Shown here piece by piece: positions 1 to 11,800 of a DNA stretch of 64,000 nucleotides. The DNA lies in the NCBI RefSeq assembly GCF_963921235.1, contig NC_086108.1, positions 84,942,001 through 85,006,000 of the forward strand, read 5' to 3'. The position numbers and the translations under genes are program-made. The notes beneath the pieces are model-generated. The model was not told the DNA's origin. It made no database searches and was given only the letters and a program-made list of their open reading frames with translations. Source of the stretch: Mobula hypostoma. Taxonomy: Eukaryota. Each line of letters begins with the position of its first letter. The first letter of the stretch is position 1.

Positions 1-258
1 GCTAAATTTCTGGAAATAAGATAGGGAAGTACATCAGCTATGATCATAATGAGAGGCTAAGTGACTTATTCTTTCTTGCCTTCTTGGAATTCAATATTCA
101 TTTTCAACTTTAACCAAAAAAAAAGGATGGAATGGAGTTGATGAAAATCTAGAGACAATGAAGCCCAAAATTACTTTGGAATTCATGATCATAGATCATC
201 AAAATGCTTAAAATAGTACAACGAATAATTAAAATTACTATTGAAACACTTAGTTTGC

Positions 259-2520
259 CAGTGCCTTGAAAAAGTATCCAGTACCCACAACAATTTTCAC
301 AGTTCACTGTCTCATTTTCTAAATTCAAAAATATTTTGAAGTAGGATTTTTTGAGCTAATTCACAAAACACTGTGCACCATGTCAAGTCAAAAGAAAAAT
401 ATCCAACACCTATCAACAAATTACTAAAAATTTAAAACAAAAATTGTGAGGCTTAAAAAGAATTCATCCTCTTTGTAATTTCCTCAGGTGCAATACACTG
501 GTATTCCCTTACCAACTCACCAAATTTGTTGATGTAGAAAATTGAAGGATCACCTGTTTCCAATGAGTTGATAAGAATAAATCACCCTCTCTCTGAGTTC
601 CAACAGTGCGGTAGATTTTCAACAGACCAAACCAAGATGAAGACAAAAGAGCATTCAAGACTGGTCAGGGAAATGATAATAGAGAAGCACAAATCTAGGG
701 AAGGGCACAAGACCACCTCATAGGCATTGAACATACCTCAGAGTTCAAAGCAGTTCACTGGGAAAAAATATGAAACCACAGCCACACTGTCTAGGTTAGG
801 CCACCTCTCTACACTTAGTCTCCAGAGAAGAATGGCACTTTTAAAAGAGGCCACTGTGATGCCAACAGTCATTCTTATGAGCTGCAGAAGTCAGTCGCTA
901 CAACTGGCGATAAAGTTCATGGCTCCACAATCTCCAAGGCCTTGCACAAAGAGTATTTTTTTAATTAAATACAATCATGAACAATAGCCAGATCAGAAAT
1001 GCTGATCAAGTCAACTAGTTCAATCAGATGGTTCACTGCTGCTCAGTGATAGAACACAAAAAAATCCTATGTACAATTAAGAAACATTTAAGAATAGTAG
1101 AAATACTGGAGTCATGATGATCATGATGAAGTCTGCTGGCGAGAGACATTTATACACGTGCTGTCCTCCATAATATAAAAAGATTATGGATAAAGGATAA
1201 AGTTGCAGGGTGACAAAACGTGGCAGGAGCACTTGGAATTGAAAACTAATCCCTACTGGGAGAAAACAGCACCTGTTCTTTCCGCACTGTTCTCCAGCAG
1301 TTTAAGGAATAAGTCCAGTATGTATGGAAGAGTGGCAAGGAAGAATCCCTGGCAAAAAAAATACATCCTTGCCCATAAAGACTTTGCAAAGCATCACTTA
1401 GAAGATACTCTGAAGATGTGGAAGGAGATCTAGAGGTCGGATGAGAGTAAAGTGTAAATTTTTGGCCTGAACACAAAACGCTATGTGGCGTAAATACAAT
1501 ACGAGGGGTGATTGATAACTTCGTGGCCTAAGGTAGAAGGAGTCAATTTCAGAAAACCTAGCACATTTATTTTTCAACATAGTTCCCTCCCACATGTACA
1601 CACTTAGTCCAGCGGTCGTGGAGCATATGATCCCTTCTTTGTAGAAGTGGTTCACAGTAGGGTTGATTGATAATTTCGTGGCCTAAGGTAGAAGAAGATG
1701 AGTTATACAGCTCTTGTTACATGCACGTGCAGCTCAACTCCTTGAATGAAAATGCAGAAAGTTTGAAGTTTCTCCTCATTTCCTTCTACTTTAGGTCACA
1801 AACTTATCAATCACCCTTGTTGTGGTCCACTTTCTGGAGTTCCAAGACGCCGACTTCTACAAAGAAGAGATCCGTATGCTCCACGACCGCTGGACTAAGT
1901 GTGTAAATGTAGGAAAAATAAATGTGCGAGGTTTTCTCAGATCGACTCCTTCTACCTTAGGCCATGAACTTATCAATGACCCCTCGTACTATGCATCTAC
2001 CAGGTAACATCATCCCTGCTGTAAAGTATGGTGGAGGAAGCATCAAGCTATGGGGATGGTTATCAGCAACAGGGACTGGCTATTTGGTCAGGATTGATGG
2101 GAAGGTGAATGCTGCTAGATAGTGAGAGATTCCGGATAAAAATCTGCTAGCGTCCCCCAGAAACCTTAAACGGGGGAGAAAGTTTTCTTTCAGTAGGACA
2201 ACTACCCAAAATACACTGCTACAGCAATCATGGATTGGTTTCAGATGAAGAAAACTGATGTCCTTGAGTGGCTAGTCAGAGTCCTGACCATAACCCAATC
2301 GAACACCTCTGGCACCACCACTCCCCAACTATTTTGCAAGGAAGCGTCTTCAAATTGTGCTAAGCTAATAGGGACTTATCCAAAAAGACTCTGGCTGTAA
2401 TAGCTGTGAGAGGTGGTTCAATCAAGTGCTGAGCAAAGGGAGATGAAAATACTGATATGTCAGTTTTTGAATTTTAGCTTTTCACACTTTACAACTTTCC
2501 CTTTTTGGGGGCTCTACTGT
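259..2520 (+). mobile_element. Degenerate Tc1 DNA transposon (transposase pseudogene ~637-2432) interrupted by two insertions
   Basis: Left end CAGTGCCTTGAAAAAGTAT. Reading MKTKEHSRLVREMIIEKHKS..., YGRVARKNP...FAKHHL, VKYGGGSIKLWG, SPDHNPIEHLW, with stops and frameshifts. Right end not clearly resolved. Confidence 0.85.
1502..1986. mobile_element. Mariner-derived palindromic MITE with TA target duplication, inserted in Tc1
   Basis: TA|CGAGGGGTGATTGATAAC...TTATCAATGACCCCTCG|TA. Arms encode the mariner transposase C-terminus (FYKEEIRMLHDRWTKCVNVG). Internal second TIR pair. Confidence 0.88.
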
Positions 2521-2585
2521 GGGGGGGGGGAGAGAAAGGAGCATGTGATTCATAAATAAAAATTTCCAGTTGTAATATTAATGTA

Positions 2586-5033
2586 TTGTGCCTATTAAAA
2601 GTATTCACCCTCTTCCCTTGGAAGTTCTCATGTCTTATTGTTTTACAACATTGAATGACAGTGCATTTAATTAGGTGTTTTTGATACTGATCAATAGAAA
2701 AAGACTCTTTCGTGTCAAAGTGAAAACAATTTCTACAAAGTGATCTAAATTAATTACAAATATATTAAAAAATACAAAATGATTGTTTGCATAGGTATTC
2801 ACCCCCTTCCAGTCAGTATTTAGTAGATCCACCTTTGGTGGCAATTACAGCCTTCAGTCTGTGTGGATAGTTGTCTGTCAGCTTTGATCATCTGGACACT
2901 GCAATTCTTCCCCATTCTTTACAAAACCACTCAAGCTCTGTCAGATTGCATGGGGATCATGAGGGAACACCCATTTTCAAGTCCAGTCACAAATTCTCAA
3001 TTGGATTGAGGTCTGGACTCTAACTTGGCCACTCCAAGACATTAACTTTGTTGTTTTTAAGCCATTCCTCTGTAGCTTTGGCTTCATGCTTGGGGTCATT
3101 GTCTTGCTGGTGAACAAATCTTCTCCCAAGTCACAGTTCTCTTGCAAACATCTCCAGGTTTGCCTCCAGTATTTCCTTGTATTTTGCTGCATTCATTTTA
3201 CCCTCTGCCTTCCAGGGCCTGCTGCAGTGAAGCATCCCCACAGCATGACGCATACACCACCATGGTTCACGGTAGAGATGATGTGTTTTTAATGTTGTGT
3301 GGTGTTTGGCTTACAGAAAACATAGCGTTTAGTCTGATCACCAAAAAGCTCAATTTTGGTTTCATCAGACCACAGAACCTTCTTCCAGCTGACTTCAGAG
3401 TCTCCGACATGCCTTCTGGCAAACTCTAGCTGTGATTTCATGTGAGTTTTTCTTCCCCACAGTGGCTTTCTCTTTGTCACTGTCCCAGAAAGCTGTGACT
3501 GGTGAAGCACCCAGGCAACAGTTTTTGTATGCACAGTCTCTCCCATCTCAGCCACTGAAGCTTGTAACTCCTCCAGAGTTGCCACAGGTCTCTTGGTGGC
3601 CACCCTCACTTGTCTCCTTCTTGCAAGGTCACTCAGTTTTTGAGGATGGGCTGCTGTAGGCAGATTTATAGCTGTGCCATATTCTTTCCATTTCCTGATG
3701 ATTGACTTAACTGTACTCCAAGGGATATTCAGTGACCTGGAAATTTCCTTATATCCATCTCCTGACTTGTGCTTTTCAATAATCTTTTCAAAAAGTTGCC
3801 TGGGCTGTTCTTTTAAAAACGCAAACATGAGGAAATCTGCAGATGCTGGAAATTCAAGCAACACACACAAAATGCTCGTGGAACGCAGCAGGCCAGGCAG
3901 CATTTATTGGAAGAGGTACACTCCACGTTTCGGGCCAAGACCCTTCGTCAGGACTAACTGAAAGAAGAGATAGTAAGAGATTTGAAAGTGGGAGGGGGAG
4001 GGGGAGAGGGAGATCCGAAATGATAGGAGAAGGCAGGAGGGGGAGGGATGGAGCTAAGAGCTGGAAAGTTGATTGGCAAAAGGGATACAAGGCTGGAGAA
4101 GGGAGAGGATCATGGGACAGGAAGCCTAAGGCCTCCTCTACTTTCAAGATGAAGCCACACTCAGGTTGGAGGAACACCACCTAATATTCCATCTGGGTAG
4201 CCTCCAGTCTGATGGCATGGACACTGACTTCTCGAACTTCCGTTAATGCCCCTCCTCCCCTTCTTACCGGATCCCTTATTCATTCATTCATTTATTTATT
4301 TATTATTTTCCCCTTTTTTTCTCTCTCTTTTTTCTCCCTCTGTCCCTCTTACTATAACTCCTTGCCTGCTCTCCATCTTCCTCCGGGCTCCACCCCCCCC
4401 CACTTTCTTTCCCCCTAAGCTTCCCGTCCCATGATCCTCTCCCTTCTCCAGCCTTGTATCGCTTTTGCCAATCAACTTTCCAGCTCTTAGCTCCATCCCT
4501 CCCTCTCCTGTTTTCTCCTATCATTTTCGATCTCCCCCTCCCCCTCTCAAATCTCTTATTATCTCTTCTTTCAGTTAGTCTTGACGAAGGGTCTTGGCTC
4601 GAAATATCGACTGTACCTCTTCCAATAGATGCTGCCTGGCCTGCAGAGTTCCACCAGCATTTTGTGTGGGGTGTTCTTTTGTCTCCATGGTGTAGTTTTT
4701 GCCAGGATATTGACTGAGTAGCTGTTGGGCCTTCCTGATACAGGTGTATTTTTACTACAATCAATTGAAACACCTTGACTGCTCACGGGTGATCTCCATT
4801 TACCGAATTGTGTGACTTCGGAAACCAATTGGCTGCACCAGTGATGATCTGGTGTGTCATATTAAAGGGAGTAAATACTTATGCAATCAATTATTTAGTT
4901 GTTATTATTTGTAAATATTTTAGGTCAGTTTGTAGAGATCTGTTTTCACTTTGACACAAAAATAGCCAAATTAAATCCACTGTGATTCAATGTTGTAAAA
5001 TAATTCAAAGTTTTCATGTTTTAATAGGCACTG
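2586..5033 (-). mobile_element. Tc1 transposon with long TIRs; transposase pseudogene 4688-2813, split by a Penelope insertion
   Basis: TA|ttGTGCCTATTAAAA ... TTTTAATAGGCACTG|TA. ORF 3289-3903 contains IIEKHKSGDGYKEISRSLNIPWSTV and WKKVLWSDETKIELFG. C-terminus resembles KGGSTKY*. Confidence 0.92.
3815..4667. mobile_element. Penelope-like 3' fragment with inverted pseudo-LTR, ~13-14 bp target duplication
   Basis: Minus arm 3815-~4128 and plus arm ~4130-4667 (GIY-YIG C-terminus plus 3' UTR). Flanks tgggctgttctttt and tggggtgttctttt. Confidence 0.85.
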
Positions 5034-5415
5034 TATGTGAACAAAGCAGAGATAGTGAACAAAAATAAGCAATGACCTTGCCAGACCACACAGAGTACAA
5101 GCAGCTCAATGGACTGCAACATTGTTTTACCAGAATGATACCCAAATTCAAGGAGATTAATTATAAATCAAGATTACAGAGAATCTCTGGACTGTTGAAT
5201 GTTAGTTGTTAATTTGCTTGAACCTTTCAAGCTATAATAAAAACTAGAGTGCAAGGAAAGAGAAACCCCACTGTTTTACAGTATGTGCAATTAGAGAATT
5301 ATGGCCAAAATTGGACAAGGAAAAAAAATGGATGCATTTCTTTAAACATTAGGTTGTAAATATTTGGAATTCTCTACTGTGAAGGGTTCTGGAAGCATGA
5401 ATATATCCATTACTT

Positions 5416-6102
5416 CAGGGGTCCCCAACCTTTTGTGCACCACGGACCGGTTTAATATTGACAATATTCTTGCAGACCAGCCGACCTGGGGCGGTGGGGG
5501 GGTGTTCAAGTAAGGTTAAACTCACCTCAACATGTCTTTTACAGTTAGGGTTGCCAATTTTCTCACTCCCAAATAAGGGACAAATGTCAAATCCTGGGAC
5601 ATTTGTGTTTACTCCATAAAGACTACCATGACCATGAAGCCTTGCGTGGTCACCTGTATGCACATGCATGACGTGCGCATGCGTGTATGTGCCGATTCTT
5701 TTCCCACAAATCGGTTTTAGCTTAATCTTCCCGACTATACAGTACATACATTATTTCTACTTTATATAGGCTGTGTATTTATCATATCATTCCTGCTCTT
5801 ACCATATGTTAGTGTTATTTTAGGTTTTGTGTGTTATTTGGTATGATTTGGTAGGTTATTTTTTGGCTCAAAACTTTTTCGCATATAAATTAATGGTAAT
5901 TGCTTCTTCGCTTTACGCCATTTCGGCACGAAAGGTTTCATAGGAACGCTCTACCTTAGCGGGGGAAATACGAGACAGTTGGCAACCCTATGTTCAAGTT
6001 TAACAATGCAGGACAGGGAATGAGGAAAGGTGCAGCTGACTCATATCGTTTCCTCGTGGCCCGGTAGCACATGCTTTGCGGCCCAGTGGTTGGGGACCTC
6101 TG
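5416..6102. mobile_element. Non-autonomous hAT (Charlie-like) element with perfect 8 bp TSD, containing a nested hAT
   Basis: TSD cattactt at 5408-5415 and 6103-6110. TIRs CAGGGGTCCCCAACC and GGTTGGGGACCTCTG. Confidence 0.88.
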
Positions 6103-7159
6103 CATTACTTGACCATTAGATTTTTGGATTACAAGTGAGTGTAGGGAATAGGTCAAAAAGGATGAGGAAGATGAAAGTCATTATCTCACTGATTTTCTGA
6201 GTTTCCTCTGCAAGTTTCAGGACCAATTCCTCCTACTTTTCTTACGCTACGTTCCAGGAAAAAAAATGTACTTCGTAGATGTGTAATAGTCAGAAACTTT
6301 CTACCAGAAATATTAATTGATGAATGCTCATCCCTCAATTTTAAATCTGAAAATGACAGATTATTTTCAAATAAAGGTATTAGGAATTTAATAAGTACAG
6401 CTGTACAAAATTAGGTCTCAGTGATAGAACTCATAAATATAAATTCAAGGTGAAAGAGGTACAAAATCCTACTTCACTTATTCTGTTTTCCTTCCTCTGA
6501 TGTCGTGGACTCTTAATTATACTGACATCATTTCAAGCACCTTTGCAGTGTGTTCTTCAAGCTAGAATTGCAAGTAATTCTCCAAGCTGCTGTTTTTTCC
6601 TTGTCTTCCATCCCTGTAGCTTCATATTCAATGAAGTAACATCCTCCTTTACTAGCAGAGTCAAACATGTTTCTTGTCCAATTCATTTTAGCATTCCAAA
6701 GGTATCACTGCTTTTTCAACTCCCCTTTGTATCTTTGTCCCTTCTTTAATCACCTCAATACCTGGTCTTACCTTTCTTAAGAACTAACATGTTCACTGCA
6801 CAAGTCTTTTCCTGTCCTATCTTCCCACTATTCCAAATTCTCAGATATAATTGCTCAAGACTATTTTTCAATAGAAGTTTATGAAGAAGAAATGAAGATT
6901 ATTTGTAACATTCAGCACAGAAATTAGAGCATATAAATCTTCGTTATTTTCCATTGTTTTCATTATAATTCCTGTTCTTAAAAGCTCCTGTATTTTTTTT
7001 CTTATAACACAGAATTTTTTAAAAAATCACTAAATATGCACATCCCTTTATAGGTTGACAACTATACTCACCAACACATTGACTGATACCAAAATAAGAT
7101 TTGATATTGCATCTATTAACAAAGTGCTACATAAAAGGAGAAAAAAACAAGTTGATTAC

Positions 7160-7301
7160 CTGATAGCACTGTTAACTTGGCACTTGTTGTTATCTCCCCA
7201 ATACTATTTGTAGCTGTACATTCATAAATTGCTTCATCTCGTGGTGCCCTTAATGGTTGAATTCTTAGCACTGAACCAGTGCCATCATCGAATTCTATAA
7301 C
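7160..7301 (-). CDS. PTPRF: Coding exon (142 nt, phase 0 to phase 1) of the same phosphatase, second half of Ig domain 1
   Basis: [47 protein letters not shown]. Acceptor tttttcag|GTT, donor TCAG|gtaatc. Joins the previous exon in frame across a 692 nt GT-AG intron (7302-7993). Confidence 0.93.
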
Positions 7302-7993
7302 CTGAAAAATCAATTAAAGAAGATATAATTGAATGCTGAAGTTATGGAAGAGGTAAAGAATGAGAGTCCTAAAGATTTTTCTCCACTATTAATAATTCTT
7401 CACAACACCAAGTAATCAGCAAAGATCGGCTTATTTGCTTTGTATGAGGAGCTACTCAGCAAATATTTCTCTCGGTCATTACACAAAGCTATAAAAGTTA
7501 GTTTCTCCCATTAGTGGATATACAGTTCTATAAAGGACAACTGGGAAAGGTGGTGTTCAATACAATACTGTGCCATAAGGAACTGAGAGTGCCTGACTTT
7601 ACCAGCATCAGCCACAGCTCAGGTATCAATGAGATATAAAACTTAAAAGTATTAATTAGGTAAAAGGCAGTTTTCAAATTAATTGCTCTACAAGCAGTCC
7701 CAAGTTATGTAATTTCTCAATAAACCAGAACATGCATTTTCTATAATAACCATTCTCGTATCACTTCATATACTCTTCCCATAATTCTTTGACCTCATTG
7801 AATAATCAGCCTAACATCATCTATAATTGGACTACATACCGTACCCAGTCATTAATAGTGAAAAAACATTATTACTAATATAAAATTGAAAATGCTTTAA
7901 AATGTATGGGAGAATTTGTGTAAAATTAGATTTCTGGAAATCAGGTCATTCATAACCCAGGGAGCCTCTGTACTTGAATTGTAAATTTTTTAC

Positions 7994-8139
7994 CTCAAAG
8001 CGCTGGGAACTGACTTTCTTCCCTTTCTTCATCCACGTGATACGTGGTTTAGGCTCTGCCGCAGCTTGGCACACAAATGAAGCCACTCCTCCAGATATTC
8101 CAATCTGATCCACAGGGATTCGGGTAAAAGTTGGCATAC
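7994..8139 (-). CDS. PTPRF: Coding exon (146 nt, phase 1 to phase 0) of a LAR-family receptor tyrosine phosphatase, first half of Ig domain 1
   Basis: Translation [48 protein letters not shown]. The motif [21 protein letters not shown] fits PTPRF better than PTPRD ([21 protein letters not shown]). Acceptor ttttgcag|GT (AG at 8141-8140), donor GAG|gtaaaa (GT at 7993-7992). Confidence 0.92.
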
Positions 8140-8219
8140 CTGCAAAATGTCAAGGTGTTGCAGATTAGTTCAACAACCTAAATTTCACTTTCAAACATGC
8201 AAAGTTTAAATGCAATTAA

Positions 8220-8898
8220 ATCTTGCGGAATTAGAATGACCATGGATAGTGTATTCGGTGATGGGCAGGAGGCAAAGAGTATAAATAAAGGGCACCTTCC
8301 TGACTGGCTTGCCAGTGATTTACTCGGTGTTCCACAGGGGTTGGTGTTGGGGCCACTTCTTTTTAGGTTGTACATCAATGATTTGGATGTCAGAATTGAT
8401 GACTTTGTGACCAGGTCTGTGGACTATACGAAGATAGGTGGATAGGCTGAGAAACCAGAGAGGCTGCAGAAGTACTTAAACGGATTAGGAGAATGGGCAA
8501 AGTGGTAGATGAAATACCGTGCGAGGAAGTATACAGTCATGCACTTTGATAGAAGGAATAAACGCACAGACCATTTTCTAAATGAGGGAAAATTCAAAAC
8601 TCTAAGGTACAAAAGGACTTGGGAGTCCTCGTGTAGTATTCCTTAAAGTTTAATTTGCAGGTTAAGTTGATGGTGAGGAAGACAAATGAAATGTTAGCAT
8701 TCATTTTGAGAGGAGTAGAATATATACAGCAATGTTGAGACCTTATAAGGCACTGGTGAGGCCTCACTTATATTGGGAGTATTGTGGGTAGTGTTGGGCC
8801 CCTTTCTTATAAAAGGATGTGCTGACATTTCAGAGGGAGCAGAGGAGGTTCACGAGAATGATTCCGCAAATGAAATACTGATTGTATGAGGAGCAATT
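8220..8898 (+). mobile_element. Old CR1 LINE RT fragment, continues at 13077-13515 after a younger CR1 insertion
   Basis: GVPQGLVLGPLLFRLYINDLD...DYTKIGG, decayed. Confidence 0.85.
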
Positions 8899-11800
8899 TT
8901 TTTTCTTTTCTTCATTTTTCTTTTTTTTTAAAAAACACTGCTTGGGGAGAAGGGCCTGCACTGCGCAGGCGCGTGACGTAGCGCGCCAAGGTTTAAAAAC
9001 AGACCACCATATACAGTGGGCAGCGGAGTGAGAGGGAGCACAGTGGGACAGCTTTGGCTCAACAGGCTTCGGCGAGAAAAGGCAGAGGCCAGGGTAGGTT
9101 CTGGTAAGTTTTTTGTTCAGTTTGTTTAGAGTAGAGAGAATGACAGGCAGGATGTTGGAATGCTCCTCTTGCAGGATGTGGGAAGTCAGGGAGCCCTACG
9201 GTGTCCCTGACAACAACACCTGCAAGAAGTGCATCCAGCTGCAGCTCCTAACAAACCGCGTTCGGGAACTGGAGCAGGAGCTGGATAACCTCCGGATCAT
9301 TCAGGAGAATGAGGAGATTATAGATAGTAGCTACAGGGAGGTAGTTACGCCACAGGAGCAGAGCACAGGAAATTGGGCCACTTTCAGGCGAGGGAAGAGG
9401 AAAGGGCAGGCAGAGCAGGGTTCCCCTGTGGCCATTCTCCTCAACAAGTATACCGCATTGGATACCGTTGGGGGGGATGACTTACAAGCTGCAGCAGCCA
9501 AATCTCTGGCGCTGAGTCTGGTTCTACAGTGCAGAAGGGAGGGTGGAAAAAGAGGACAGCAGTAGTGATAGGGGACTCGATAGTTAGAGGTGCAGATAGG
9601 AGGTTCTGTGGTCGTGACAGAGAATCCAGGATGGTTTGTTGCCTCCTGGGTGCCAGGGTCAAGGATGTCTCTGATTGCTTGCATGACATTCTCAAGTGGG
9701 AGGGTGATCAGCCAGATGTCATGGTGCACATCGGTACCAATGACATAGCAAGGAAGAGTGAGGAGGTCCTGGAGAGTGAGTACAGAGAGTTTGGTAGGAA
9801 GTTGAAAAGCAGGACCTCGAGGGTGGTAATCTCAGGATTGCTACCTGTGCTAGGTGCCAGTGAGGGTAGGAATAGGATGCACTGGAGGATGAACAAGTGG
9901 CTGAGGAACTGGTATAGGGGGCAGGGTTTCAGATTTCAGGATCATTGGGACCTCTTCTGGGGCAGGTGGGACCTGTACAAGAGAGACGGGTTACACTTGA
10001 ACTACAAGGGGACCAATATCCTTTCAGGGAGGTTTGTTAGTGCTATCAGGGAGGGTTTAAAGTAGATTTGCAGGGGGATGGGAACCAGAGTGCCAGAGCT
10101 GACAGTGGGGCTGGGGTGAAAATAAATGATGTCAAAAGTTCAAGCAAAGCCGCAAATAGAACGGTTGTGAGTGGTGGTAATAATCTTCTGAGGTGTATAT
10201 ATTTCAATGCTAGGAGTATTGCGGGGAAGGCAGACGAGTTGAGGGCGTGGATTGACACGTGGAATTATGACGTTATAGCAATTAGTGAAACTTGGCTACA
10301 GGAGGGGCAGGATTGGCAGCTTAATATTCCAGGGTTCCGATGTTTCAGATGTGATAGAGGCAGAAGAATGAAAGGTGGGGGGGAGGGGGTAGCATTGCTT
10401 GTCAGGGAAAATGTTACAGCAGTGCTCAGGTAGGACAGATTAGAGGGCTTGTCTACTGAGTCCTTATGGGTGGAGCTGAGAAACAGGAAAGGTATGGCCA
10501 CATTAGTGGGGTTGTATTATAGACCACCCAATAGTCAGTGAGAATTGGAGGAGCAAATCTGCAGAGAGAGAGCAGTCAACTGCAGGAAACAAAGTTGTGG
10601 TGGTAGGGGATTTTAATTTTCCACATATTGATTGGGACCCCCATACTGTTAGGGGTCTAGATGGGTTAGAGTTTGTAAAATGTGTTCAGGAAAGTTTTCT
10701 AAATCAATATATAGAGGTACCAACTAGAGGGGATGCAATATTAGATCTCCTATTAGTAAATGAGTTAGGACAAGTGACAGAAGTATGTGTAGGGGAGCAC
10801 TTTGGTTCCAGTGATCATAACACCATTAGTTTCAACTTGATCATGGATAACGATAGATCTGGTCCTCGGGTTGAGGTTCTAAACTGGAAGGTGGCCAAAT
10901 TTGAAGAAATGAGAAAGGATCTAAAAAGCGTGGATTGGGACAGGTTGTTCTCTGGCAAGGATGTGATCGGTAAGTGGGAAGCCTTCAAAGGAGAAATTTT
11001 GAGAGTGCAGAGCTTGTATGTTCCTGTCAGGATTAATGGCAAAGTGAATAGGAATAAGGAACCTTGGTTCTCAAGGGATATTGCAACTCTGATAAAGAAG
11101 AGAGAGTTGTATGACACATATAGGAAACAGGGAGTAAATCAGGTGCTTGAGGAGTATAAAAAGTGCAAGAAAATACTTAAGAAGGAAATCAGGAGGGCTA
11201 AAAGAAGACATGAGGTTGCCTTGGCAGTCAATGTGAAGGATAATCCAAAGAGCTTTTACAGATATATTAAGAGTAAAAGGATTGTAAGGGATAAAGTTGG
11301 TCCTCTTGAAGATCAGAGTGGTTGGCTATGTGCGGAACCAAAAGAAGTGGGGGAGATCCTAAATGGGTTTTTTGCGTCTGTATTTACTAAGGAAACTAGC
11401 ATGAAGTCTATGGAATTAAGGGAAACAAGTAGTGAGATAATGGAAACTGTACAGATTGAAAAGGAGGAGGTGCTTGCTATCTTGAGGAAAATTAAAGTGG
11501 ATAAATCCCCAGGATCTGACAGGGTATTCCCTCGGACCTTGAAGGAGACTAGTGTTGAAATCGCAGGGGCCCTGACAAATATATTTAAAATGTCGGTGTC
11601 TACGGGTGAGGTGCCGGAGGATTGGAGAATGGCTCATGTTGTTCCGTTGTTTAAAAAAGGATAGAAAAGTAATCCGGGAAATTATAGGCTGTTAAGTTTG
11701 ACGTCGGTAGTAGGTAAGTTATTGGAGGGAGTACTAAGAGACAGAATCTACAAGCATTTGGATAGACAGGGACTTATTAGGGAGAGTCAACATGGCTTTG

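Noticed and set aside
3843..4773. Several 100-156 aa ORFs rich in G/R/E or L/P/S (also near 22400-23080, 39160-39830 and 41250-41640)
   Set aside because: Incidental frames over the purine/pyrimidine-skewed Penelope 3' UTR.
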